In this document: one piece after another, positions 25,887 through 35,096 of the stretch | Layout of the letters: each line of letters opens with the position of its first letter | Position numbering within the stretch: position 1 is the first letter of the stretch | Virus record (IMG/VR): IMGVR_UViG_3300042452_000572 | Length of the DNA stretch: 64,000 bases | Source of the DNA: an uncultured virus (IMG/VR IMGVR_UViG_3300042452_000572) | Lineage: Duplodnaviria > Heunggongvirae > Uroviricota > Caudoviricetes | Reading direction: 5' to 3' (one strand) | The notes under the pieces: generated by a model | Databases searched by the model: none | Told to the model about the DNA's origin: nothing | The model's input: the letters and a program-made list of their open reading frames with translations, nothing else | Made by a program: the position numbers and the translations under genes

Positions 25887-27528
25887 TCTTAGCTTTTTTG
25901 ATGTTTATTGTCGGTGCTTCTGTTGAACCGCCATCTTTTTTCTTTTCAAGATCTGGTTCCATTTGCCTCATGCCTAGATCGTTTTGCATTTGACCTTGCA
26001 TGATTGCATTTTGAGTTTCTAACGGAACACCAATACCCATCTCATTTTCATTTTCCATTTCTTCTTCCATTTCCATGATCTCTTCATCTGTTTGGCGAAG
26101 AACTTTACGCTTTACATAATCTCTTGAATAATATGTTCCAATATATGGTTCAATAGCAACCATCAAATTGAGACGCTCATTCATTAGTTCAGTATCTTTG
26201 AGTTCTGCAAAATGATTATCGTAAATATAATCAAATTGAATGTGCTCTGCCATTTGTTCCCAATCTTCTGGGGTAACAATGTTTTTTAAGATGAGTTGTG
26301 TTTTTAGAAGATCTAAAAATAGAGCACTAAAACGCTTTCTTAAACGACCCACAAATTTACTGAACATCAGTTCATCACGTAAAATTTCGGATGAACGACC
26401 TAAGTTAAATCCACTATCTGCTCCAATTCTACTATCAGGAACGTTTAGAGATCTGTAAAGTTTCTTCTGGAAATATTCAACGTCAGTTAATTCCCCAAGA
26501 TTTTGTCCACCAGGAAGAGTAGAAATTTCTGTTCCACGACCACCTTCACGTCTTGGAAGCCAGAAATCTTCTAGCATGGACATGAATTTCTTATCATCTT
26601 TGATTTCACCAGTTGATGCATCATAGACCAACTTATTGCGATAGCGAGACATAACATCACGAAGATACTGTTCCGCTTTTACCTTTGGTAGATTACCAAC
26701 ATCAATATAGAAAATACGACGTTCTGGAGCACGAGATAGTCTATAGATAACAAGACTATCCTCAATCATTCTTAGTTGATTGAGTGCTTTAATTGCTTTG
26801 TGAAGATATGAAAGAGTTAGATGTTTGTTTCTATCTACAAGACCAGAAGTAACATGACAAATTGCATCTTTTGCAATTTTTATTCCTTTACCAGATACTG
26901 ATCCATACTTCTGAGCAACGCCTTCTGGATAGTAAGTATAAAATTCTACTACATCAGCATCTTTAGTAGAAGTAACATCCTCATTGTAAGGTCTTGCTGG
27001 TAATGCTTTTTTATCATTAGGACGAACTCTCATGAGTTTCATCTTTAAAGCATCAATGTATCTTACTTCTTTGATACCCTCATCAGGTTTTTGCAAATCA
27101 ATTACTTTATGATAATACAGTCTTCCATCAACATACCAATTTCTAAAAATTTCATGCGATTTTTTATCAAATTCCAATAAATCTTTTACATATTTAAATT
27201 CATTTCTAATAACTTTTTTTAAAGAAGTGCTTACTTGAAGATTATCAAGATCAATCTCTACAGGGCTATCATTGAGATCAGAAACAATAGCTTCATTTAC
27301 AACATGTTCAACGGCAGTATCGCATTCTGGATGCAATGCCATATCACGATATTTTTTAATGATATCGAATTCCGTTCTAAAAACGCCTTCAATATCTACG
27401 TATTGTCCATAAAATCCTGAAGAAAGATAATAGTCAGCCCCGTCCTCATCATTTGGAGGAACTGGACTGACTATGCCTTTAGACTTCTTTTCTTCGTCAT
27501 CAATCGAAAAACCAAAAAGTTTCGCCAT
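25882..27528 (-). CDS. gp20: Portal protein (T4 gp20)
   Basis: LFGFSI, FRNWYVDGR, YRLSRAPERRIFYIDVGNLPK, EDFWLPRREGGRGTEI. Confidence 0.99.
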   Translation of the reverse strand: MAKLFGFSIDDEEKKSKGIVSPVPPNDEDGADYYLSSGFYGQYVDIEGVFRTEFDIIKKYRDMALHPECDTAVEHVVNEAIVSDLNDSPVEIDLDNLQVSTSLKKVIRNEFKYVKDLLEFDKKSHEIFRNWYVDGRLYYHKVIDLQKPDEGIKEVRYIDALKMKLMRVRPNDKKALPARPYNEDVTSTKDADVVEFYTYYPEGVAQKYGSVSGKGIKIAKDAICHVTSGLVDRNKHLTLSYLHKAIKALNQLRMIEDSLVIYRLSRAPERRIFYIDVGNLPKVKAEQYLRDVMSRYRNKLVYDASTGEIKDDKKFMSMLEDFWLPRREGGRGTEISTLPGGQNLGELTDVEYFQKKLYRSLNVPDSRIGADSGFNLGRSSEILRDELMFSKFVGRLRKRFSALFLDLLKTQLILKNIVTPEDWEQMAEHIQFDYIYDNHFAELKDTELMNERLNLMVAIEPYIGTYYSRDYVKRKVLRQTDEEIMEMEEEMENENEMGIGVPLETQNAIMQGQMQNDLGMRQMEPDLEKKKDGGSTEAPTINIKKAKI

Positions 27529-27550
27529 TATTATAAAAAACCCTTTGGTC

Positions 27551-27557
27551 TATTTAT
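27551..27557 (-). promoter_or_regulatory. Late promoter ATAAATA for gp20
   Basis: Located immediately after the gp19 stop codon. Confidence 0.7.
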
Positions 27558-28189
27558 CAGACTACGGAATCGGTGTTTGAACCCGTATAAGCTTCCCACC
27601 ACTGAACTTGTAGTGTTACCTGAAACTCTTCAATAACGTCTGCACTATCATATGAAAGTTCGATAGCACCAACTGAACTTGGCCAACAACCGTGCATCTT
27701 ATATGCACGCTTTACTGGAAGTGGAGCGGCATTTTGACTACCAGGAGTTGGAACAGTGTCTGCTCTTCCTAGTTGTGTTACAACCCAGTCTGCAAAATAG
27801 TCTGCAGGATTGATTGTACCAGAACCATCTGATACTTTAATGATATAGTTTGACCACTTTTCAAATGCTTCTCTTAGTTTAAAGTCACCATCATTGATAA
27901 CAGTGATTGTCCATGGATCAAATCTTCTGTCACCAGCAACTTTAAGTTGTCTGCCACGGAAAGGAACGATAACTTCAGCAATATTTGATGCTGGAAGTTG
28001 AGCACCTTTGATTAACATTCTATGTGAAGTATCACCGATTTCATCAAAAATTCCATTTCCCGATGGGAAATTCATTTCTACTTCAAATAAGTTTGGTCTA
28101 GCACCACCTTGAACAAGTCTTGACTTAAAACTGTCAATTGTTCTTTCATTATTAGGAGTGTTGAAAATGTTTGTGTTCTGTAATGGCAT
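27557..28189 (-). CDS. gp19: Tail tube protein (T4 gp19)
   Basis: GGARPNLFEV, FRGRQLKVAGDRRFDPWTITVIND, WPSSVGAIELSYD, IEEFQVTL. Confidence 0.96.
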   Translation of the reverse strand: MPLQNTNIFNTPNNERTIDSFKSRLVQGGARPNLFEVEMNFPSGNGIFDEIGDTSHRMLIKGAQLPASNIAEVIVPFRGRQLKVAGDRRFDPWTITVINDGDFKLREAFEKWSNYIIKVSDGSGTINPADYFADWVVTQLGRADTVPTPGSQNAAPLPVKRAYKMHGCWPSSVGAIELSYDSADVIEEFQVTLQVQWWEAYTGSNTDSVV

Positions 28190-28207
28190 TGTTTTGTCCT
28201 CCTATTA

Positions 28208-30412
28208 TCAAACGGTGCCGACGATTTCGGAGAACGAAACTCCCGTTCTCGTGGCTACGAACGTTAGACCGATAAAGTTAATCGATCTTGCTGGCTTCAC
28301 GTAGATGTCAGCAATAAACTCATTACGATCAATCACGTCAGGTGTGTTATTTGTTTCATCACAAACAACAAGGAATTCAGTTACACCTCGTTTCGCTTGA
28401 ACATCACGTAGGTATGGTTCAACAATATTTACAAAGTTTGATCTAGTTCCAGCGTCGTTCAATTCAAATAGTTGTGCCTTAGCAGCATTCTCAATTGCCT
28501 TTTCAATTGTAATGAATAGGCGTCTTACGTTGATGCGATCAAATGCACTTTCAAATGATAGTCCAGTCTTATCTCCAAAGAGAATAATTCCTGAACCAGG
28601 TGATGCAATGATTGGATTAATTCTGTTTGAATACAATCTATCTCTTGCATCTTGACCTGGATTGAATGCAAGTTTCACTGCAAAGTTTAGAGAACCTCTG
28701 TTTGATCCTGCTGGTGAGAACCATGGGAATTGATCTCTATCAGTTCTTACACATAGACCTGCTACATCATTTGAGCAAGGGATATATGTAAAACGCTTAT
28801 TGAAGCGATCATATACGTATTGATAACCACTATCAAATACAACATACGAGGATGAAGAAAGTGGTGCAAAGAACGATAGAACGTTTGTAAGTTGTGTGCT
28901 TGCGTTTGTAATATTTACAACGCTATCTCTGTTTGGAGAAATAAATGCAACACAGTCTTTACGTGCTTCACAAATTGAAATTAGTTTATTTGCTTTTGCT
29001 TGCTCTTCTTCTTTTGACTTATAAGCACCACCCTGTAATAGGAATCTAATGTCACTGTTTACAGGATCGGCGAGTTTATCATAAGCAGTTAGAAGATCTC
29101 CAAGTGGAGCATCATAGTATCCAACTCCCTGATAATCTTTACCACCAGTTAGTCTATAAGCAGCGTTTCCTAGTGAAGAGAAGTTAATATCCTTAGCATC
29201 TTGACCCCAAGCACTTGCTGCTGCTGTAATTGGAACAACACCGCTGCTAAACCCAGAAGGACGTGATCTGGTTCCCCAGTACGCATCAGTTGAATTTACT
29301 GGAGACAGACCAGCATAAACATATTGTGAATTAGACGCAAGATAATCTTTGTAGTAGACTGATTTCTGTGGAGAAACTTCAGCATCTTTTGCCTTTGAAA
29401 GATTGCCAAACTTCTCTAGAATTGCTCCTACAGTTCCTGTTACAGATCCTGCTGCATCAATGACTACAACATTCAATCCATCATTACGTCCATTTCTCTG
29501 AGAAACGTATGAATTTGTTCCTGGTTTTGCAAGAACTGATCTCCAAGAAAGTGTAATTGCATCCGATCCACCATCAGCAACACTTGTTAAAACATTTTGC
29601 TGATCGTACCAGTCTGTTAATGACTTACCACCAGTCATAATACCAACATCACCGATGACTGCCGATGAGAACCCGATGTTTGCAGTGGTAAACTGGTATA
29701 GTGAACCCGCTTGATAATCTACTGCAGTTTCTGTGCCAAGACCAGATACATAACTTACAACTTTTACATCAACAAAACTTGCACCAATTGCAGTAACAAC
29801 ACCTTTTAGATATCCGCTTGCTGCTGCAGTTGTTCCAATTCCAATAGAAACTCCACTTAGTGCTTGAGTTACTGCATAACCAACTTGAATACCATGAGAT
29901 CCTGTTGTAATTCCACTTGTTACAACTACTGTTGTTGAAATACCAGAAATTCTTTGATCTGCAGAAGCATCAATTACACATACCTTTAAATTTTCTGCCC
30001 AGTTTCCTGGATTTTTTGCTGCCCAGTAGAAAGAACTATCCGAAGTGTGATTGTTGTTATAGTCATCAAAATTATCAACACGTAAAGTGGTTGTTGATGC
30101 AATACCAACACCAGCATTTGAGTTGTTTAATTCCCCACCACCTGCTCTAACTACATCTAGTTGACCACCATATGATAAGAAGTTTGATGCTGCGTACCAA
30201 CTTTCATAATGGTAGTCGGTTAGACCTGCACCAGGACCACCAAATACTTCTACTAATTCTTTTTCATTTGTAACTCTTACAATCTCATTTACAGGACCTT
30301 TTTTGAAAGGTGCTGCGATACCTGCAGCGACGTTTAGTGTTGCATTTACGCCGCCACGGGTTAGATCTACCTCTCTTACACGAATACCTGGAGATGCTAA
30401 CTGAAGTGCCAT
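28208..30412 (-). CDS. gp18: Tail sheath protein (T4 gp18)
   Basis: SPGIRVREVDLT, FLSYGG, PWFSPAG, FDRINVRRLF, KPARSINFI. Confidence 0.98.
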   Translation of the reverse strand: MALQLASPGIRVREVDLTRGGVNATLNVAAGIAAPFKKGPVNEIVRVTNEKELVEVFGGPGAGLTDYHYESWYAASNFLSYGGQLDVVRAGGGELNNSNAGVGIASTTTLRVDNFDDYNNNHTSDSSFYWAAKNPGNWAENLKVCVIDASADQRISGISTTVVVTSGITTGSHGIQVGYAVTQALSGVSIGIGTTAAASGYLKGVVTAIGASFVDVKVVSYVSGLGTETAVDYQAGSLYQFTTANIGFSSAVIGDVGIMTGGKSLTDWYDQQNVLTSVADGGSDAITLSWRSVLAKPGTNSYVSQRNGRNDGLNVVVIDAAGSVTGTVGAILEKFGNLSKAKDAEVSPQKSVYYKDYLASNSQYVYAGLSPVNSTDAYWGTRSRPSGFSSGVVPITAAASAWGQDAKDINFSSLGNAAYRLTGGKDYQGVGYYDAPLGDLLTAYDKLADPVNSDIRFLLQGGAYKSKEEEQAKANKLISICEARKDCVAFISPNRDSVVNITNASTQLTNVLSFFAPLSSSSYVVFDSGYQYVYDRFNKRFTYIPCSNDVAGLCVRTDRDQFPWFSPAGSNRGSLNFAVKLAFNPGQDARDRLYSNRINPIIASPGSGIILFGDKTGLSFESAFDRINVRRLFITIEKAIENAAKAQLFELNDAGTRSNFVNIVEPYLRDVQAKRGVTEFLVVCDETNNTPDVIDRNEFIADIYVKPARSINFIGLTFVATRTGVSFSEIVGTV

Positions 30413-30451
30413 TCTAAACTCCCTGCAGTAACCCTAATTTTAGACTAAAAT

Positions 30452-30459
30452 TATTTATA
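30452..30459 (-). promoter_or_regulatory. Late promoter TATAAATA for gp18-gp19
   Basis: Exact consensus in the gp17-gp18 gap. Confidence 0.85.
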
Positions 30460-30470
30460 AATTCCTGAAA

Positions 30471-32120
30471 TCAGTGATATTCCCACATATAAGATCTATC
30501 TCCATATTCATCAACTTTCCATACATCACCATTACTATCAACTTCACCACCAAAACCATCTAATCCATCACTAATAAATCCAAATGGTGCCATATCTTGT
30601 TCAATTTGATTTCTTTGCTCTTCATAAATTCTTTTACGAACATCCTGATCTGTCATTTCTTTGAAATAATCTTGTGCAACCAACCAAGAAAAAATGACAA
30701 GACACATTGCTAAGTCATCATTACATCCTTCTTCTGCTTCAAAAGACTGTTTTCTTTGAATAAATGTTGTTAACTCACTAATAGTGTCATAGTCTGTTAT
30801 AATAAGTTTGTCATCTTCAATCAAAGTTTTTAAGTTTGAGCATCCAATTTTCTTTGTAGTAGAACTCATCTTCACTCCAAGTTGAGTTTTCTTTCCAGAA
30901 AATCCAGTTCCAACAATCTGTCCAGCACGCCCACGCATTGAGCACATTAACATGTTCTCATACTCAAGATCAAAGTTTAAAATTGAAGCAACCTGATCTC
31001 CAATATCATTGACTTCACATAAAATATAAGCATTATTATAAGCTCTTCCTACTTCTTCAATAACTGATGGAAATAGCATTGGTTTGATTTCATTATTCCT
31101 ATATTTTGCTACAACTTTATATGGGAAAGTCGTAATATCAAATACTACAAATGCAGAATAGTCTTTTGATACACCGCGAGCAACGTCAACCGTTATAATA
31201 TAATCTCTCATTTCATCTGGTTCATTGTATATACACAGACTTCCATTATTTTTTACAGGATCATCATAAACCATCGCTTTGAGTTTAGATGGTGCAATCA
31301 AAGTATCAACAGATCCTAGGAATTCGCATTCAAATTCAACACGGAACTGTTGTTCAGAAGTGTTTGCAATTGTTTGTGCTTTCCATTTAGTGTCCCTTCC
31401 AGGAACTTCAGACCAGTGAACTTCCGTTGGAATATATTCATTCTTTTCTCTTTCGGCATCATGCCACATTCGGTAAAAATGGTTCATACCGTGTGGGGTA
31501 GAAACGATAATTACCTTTGTAGATTGACCAGATGAAATAGTAGGATAAACAGAAGCGAAGAACTCGTCAGCAATATGGTTAGGAATAAACGCAAATTCGT
31601 CTAGGAATATAATATTGTAAGAACCACCACGTACCGCAGAGGCAGAAGTAGAAGCAGCAATAATTTTTGAGCCATTTTCTAACTCCATAGATCGTTTGTT
31701 CCAGGCAATAATGCCTTGTTGCATCCACTTTGGAAGGTTTTCATAAGCAAGTTGCAATCTGCTTAGCAGATCTCCAGCAGTAGACGCTTTGTTTGCTAGA
31801 ATAGCTATATTAACATTGTCGTTAAAGACTGCATAATGTAACAAATATGAAACACAAGTTGTAGATTTACCTGTCTGACGAGGCATCTTACAAATATTAA
31901 ATCGGTGAGCATGGAAGTTCCTAATGAGTTTTTCCTGGAAAGGATACATCTCAAAAGGAACTAGACCATGATCAAGAGAAACAATTTTAATATAGTTTCT
32001 AGCAAAATAAACTGGATCCTGTTTACATTTAAGAAACTCAAGAATTTGTTCTTCAGTAAACTCAATTGCAGTATTTGCTTTTTTTAAATTAGGATTACCA
32101 AGATATACATCATTTGCCAT
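30471..32120 (-). CDS. gp17: Terminase large subunit (T4 gp17)
   Basis: YLGNPNLKK, PRQTGKST, IFLDEFAF, VSTPHG, DVARG, DDLAM. Confidence 0.98.
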   Translation of the reverse strand: MANDVYLGNPNLKKANTAIEFTEEQILEFLKCKQDPVYFARNYIKIVSLDHGLVPFEMYPFQEKLIRNFHAHRFNICKMPRQTGKSTTCVSYLLHYAVFNDNVNIAILANKASTAGDLLSRLQLAYENLPKWMQQGIIAWNKRSMELENGSKIIAASTSASAVRGGSYNIIFLDEFAFIPNHIADEFFASVYPTISSGQSTKVIIVSTPHGMNHFYRMWHDAEREKNEYIPTEVHWSEVPGRDTKWKAQTIANTSEQQFRVEFECEFLGSVDTLIAPSKLKAMVYDDPVKNNGSLCIYNEPDEMRDYIITVDVARGVSKDYSAFVVFDITTFPYKVVAKYRNNEIKPMLFPSVIEEVGRAYNNAYILCEVNDIGDQVASILNFDLEYENMLMCSMRGRAGQIVGTGFSGKKTQLGVKMSSTTKKIGCSNLKTLIEDDKLIITDYDTISELTTFIQRKQSFEAEEGCNDDLAMCLVIFSWLVAQDYFKEMTDQDVRKRIYEEQRNQIEQDMAPFGFISDGLDGFGGEVDSNGDVWKVDEYGDRSYMWEYH

Positions 32121-32126
32121 AAAATA

Positions 32127-33626
32127 TTAACAATTCCATTTGCGAAGAGATAATGCTTTCCTTGTTGGACGACCCTTTTCATCTTTCATAGGACCAGGAT
32201 TTCCTCCCATCCTTGCACAAAAAGATTTTCTTCTTTTTGCTGCTTTTGAATTTGGATTTAATTTTGATGGTGGTGTAGTGACTGGTGCTTTGAGATCACT
32301 ACCAGGATTTTCTCTTTCGTAAGATTTTCTTCCTTTCTCGTTTAATCCACCCTCTTTATTTTTTCCTTCTTTACGTTGCCATGCTGCGACTTCAGTTACT
32401 GTTTCCTCCTCATTGCTGATGCTATTGTTAGAGATCTTCCTAAAATCACTAAAAGAAAGTAGTTGTCGTGCGTCATAGCTCTCCTTTGCAGCAGTCTTCC
32501 ATCCGCCACCTTTGGATTTGTACCATTTGGCAGCCCATCCATTGGCATAAGCGGATGGATATACGTCAAACTTTGCTCTTGCCTGTGCTTTTGCTTTAGA
32601 CCATAGAGAAGGATTTGTTGGAACATTCTTCTCCATAATATATTCTTCTCTTGGTTCATACATTGAAGCAAAACCACCAGCAGTAGTTTTTATTGCGGAT
32701 TTTGCAGTTTCACCTGCTTTCTTTAATCCTTTTTTCCAATCTGGTTCTTTTGCCTTTTTTGCATCCAAAGGTTCTTTTTCAGTATCTCCTGGAACTTTTG
32801 GTGCTACTTTAGTAATATCTTTAACTTTTGAACCTACTTTTTGTACTCCAGTTTTTAATGCTTGTCCTGCTTTTGCAACACCTTGTCCAACTTTAGATAC
32901 AGCTGCAACTCCCCTTACAATTGGGGATGCTAATGCGATCATTTCATCAAGTTCAGTTTCTTCTGGAACACAATTAGGAACCATTCTTTTACCCTTCTTC
33001 TTCATTCCAACTTGCTTATATCCTTTCCAGCACGCTTCCATAAACTGCTCTACAGTCTTGACTTGAGAAGATGGATGTGCTTGTCCAGCAAGTTTTAAGA
33101 GTTTGATTTTTAGATCTGGTGTTTTTGCTGCCATTGCAGTATTTACTCTACGATCAAACTTCTGATATTCTTGTGCATCTTGCTCATTAATTTTGTTGGA
33201 TGACATAATTGGTTTTCCTCCTTTTCCTGAACGATCTGCTACTGGATCTTCTTTACGTTTTCTTTTCACTGCAGAAGCAATTTCGTCCTTTGACATTTTT
33301 GCTGCTTTTTCTTTAGATAAACATTTTGGTTTTGGTTCACCAGGTTCACGAGCACATTTACCAATTCTTTCACCTTTTGTATTATATCTATCCCATCCAC
33401 CACCACCAACTCCACCTTCACCACCTTTACCAAACCACTTTCTCAAATCTTCTTTAACAGAATATGATGCAGCAGCATCCATGTTATGGTCAGTATCAGT
33501 AATCTTAGCTTGAACCCAAGCAGGAATATTCTTCTCCTTCTTGCCAAGTCTTGCTTTTAGTTTTTTAGCATTAGCAATAGTCTTATCAAGTTGACTATTT
33601 GCCATTGAAACTTCGTGATCTTTCAC
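32127..33626 (-). CDS. Modular Lys-rich protein between gp16 and gp17 (probable internal head protein)
   Basis: GTG start after CTAAATA (33653-33658). String of short basic modules: DHEVSMA..WVQAKIT; LRKWF..KCAR..PKC; CWKGYKQVG..VPNCV; PTNPSLW..YPSAYANGW; AAWQRKEGK..RRKSFCARM..RKWNC. Confidence 0.75.
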   Translation of the reverse strand: MKDHEVSMANSQLDKTIANAKKLKARLGKKEKNIPAWVQAKITDTDHNMDAAASYSVKEDLRKWFGKGGEGGVGGGGWDRYNTKGERIGKCAREPGEPKPKCLSKEKAAKMSKDEIASAVKRKRKEDPVADRSGKGGKPIMSSNKINEQDAQEYQKFDRRVNTAMAAKTPDLKIKLLKLAGQAHPSSQVKTVEQFMEACWKGYKQVGMKKKGKRMVPNCVPEETELDEMIALASPIVRGVAAVSKVGQGVAKAGQALKTGVQKVGSKVKDITKVAPKVPGDTEKEPLDAKKAKEPDWKKGLKKAGETAKSAIKTTAGGFASMYEPREEYIMEKNVPTNPSLWSKAKAQARAKFDVYPSAYANGWAAKWYKSKGGGWKTAAKESYDARQLLSFSDFRKISNNSISNEEETVTEVAAWQRKEGKNKEGGLNEKGRKSYERENPGSDLKAPVTTPPSKLNPNSKAAKRRKSFCARMGGNPGPMKDEKGRPTRKALSLRKWNC

Positions 33627-33641
33627 ACTAAAAACTGACTA

Positions 33642-34049
33642 CTACTTATCATTATTTAGAAACCCTTGCTTTAGCATCTTTTGAAGATCTGCTGTTGATC
33701 CAACAAACAGTGCATTATTGACTGTTTTTGGACCATTGCTTTGTGGTTTTTCAATGTCTTTCATTTTCTTTTGCAGTTCAAGTAACTTGTCAGTTACATC
33801 ACCAACAGACTTTATTAATTGTCCTGCAACTTCAAATGCTCTTGGATGTTGACTATCTTGAGCTAATTCAAGTATTCCACTAACTGCTTCTTGACCCTTT
33901 TCAATCAGAGTATATAACTGTGCTCTACTATATTCATAATCTTTTTGAGGATCATCGGGAGTTTCTATTGGTGGTTTTTCTTTGACAGTCTCCACCATCT
34001 CCGCTTTTATATCAAGCGCCTTATCAATAGCATCAAACGTATTTTCCAT
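33642..34049 (-). CDS. gp16: Terminase small subunit (T4 gp16)
   Basis: DYEYSRAQLYTLIEKGQEA..HPRAFEVAGQLIK..NNALFVGSTADLQKML. Confidence 0.95.
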   Translation of the reverse strand: MENTFDAIDKALDIKAEMVETVKEKPPIETPDDPQKDYEYSRAQLYTLIEKGQEAVSGILELAQDSQHPRAFEVAGQLIKSVGDVTDKLLELQKKMKDIEKPQSNGPKTVNNALFVGSTADLQKMLKQGFLNNDK

Positions 34050-34052
34050 TCT

Positions 34053-35093
34053 TTATACATCACTTCCCTGACTTGAACTAAACGATTTAAAATCTTGGAA
34101 GAATGTTCTAGTTTCATTGAAACCAAAATCATCATCAGGATCAATCAATGCATCATCATCAATTGTAATGCGATCAACTTTATCTCCACTATAATGTTCT
34201 TGAATTGATGAACCATATTGCCCTCTTGCAACAATAATATTAGTTCCATCAATCTCTTCAATTCGCATTACTTCCTCATTAACTTGAATATACTTTCTAA
34301 CTTCTAATGAAGCAGAACTTGTAACTTTCATTAATGTCTTAGAAGTTTCTAGTGTTGCTGTCAATGTAGTTGTTTGATCATTATTGTAATCTTTTGTTGC
34401 CGCAGGAGTTGCAACATATCTAACTTCTCTTGGAGCTCTGATTGCTGAAGAGTAATCAATCTGAACACGTTTAATGATGCCACCACTTTCATCAGTTGGT
34501 AGTTCACTATAGAAGTATACTTTTGCTGTAAAATCTAAATCATATTGAATATATCTTCTCTTATCAAAACTACCTTCATATTCATCTCTAAATGAAATGT
34601 TATTTAAAGTAAATGGAATATCTCTTACTTCATTAATTTCATCGATCAGTTTAACTGAAACTGAATATGATGGTTGAAAGAATGGTAAAATTTGTTCTAA
34701 AATTTGTAAACTATCGTCTTGTAGTTTAGATGCAAAACTCAATCTAAATCCAATATCATATGGAACTGGCATGAAAACTTTTTTAATTTTGTTTCCTTCC
34801 ACACCACAAAACTTAGTGATTGGTGATGCTTTTCTTGATGGATCGTAACGATACGATATAATTTCAAATGCTAGTCTTGGTAGAGTAATTGCAACAGTTC
34901 TTTCAAAATTTGGTTGCTGTTCAACTCTTGCTAAGAACTTTTGAATTGGACCATAAGCAATTGGAACTTTGATAATACTCAGAGTTTGATCTGTGTCATC
35001 TGCTTTGTGTTTAATTTCGATATTATTAAACAGTGTGCCAAAAGCAATAACTGTCTTCCTAATAATTTCGTGGTAAAAATATGTTCCTAGCAT
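34053..35093 (-). CDS. gp15: Tail sheath stabiliser/terminator (T4 gp15) with a C-terminal extension
   Basis: YFYHEIIRKTVIAFGTLFN, VPIAYGP.QKFLAR, LPRLAFE, QILEQILPFFQP. Confidence 0.95.
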   Translation of the reverse strand: MLGTYFYHEIIRKTVIAFGTLFNNIEIKHKADDTDQTLSIIKVPIAYGPIQKFLARVEQQPNFERTVAITLPRLAFEIISYRYDPSRKASPITKFCGVEGNKIKKVFMPVPYDIGFRLSFASKLQDDSLQILEQILPFFQPSYSVSVKLIDEINEVRDIPFTLNNISFRDEYEGSFDKRRYIQYDLDFTAKVYFYSELPTDESGGIIKRVQIDYSSAIRAPREVRYVATPAATKDYNNDQTTTLTATLETSKTLMKVTSSASLEVRKYIQVNEEVMRIEEIDGTNIIVARGQYGSSIQEHYSGDKVDRITIDDDALIDPDDDFGFNETRTFFQDFKSFSSSQGSDV

Positions 35094-35096
35094 TCG

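Noticed and set aside
4751..32120. Possible inteins or introns in gp43, gp46, uvsW, gp20 and gp17
   Set aside because: All are continuous, of normal length, and lack intein splice motifs or interruptions.
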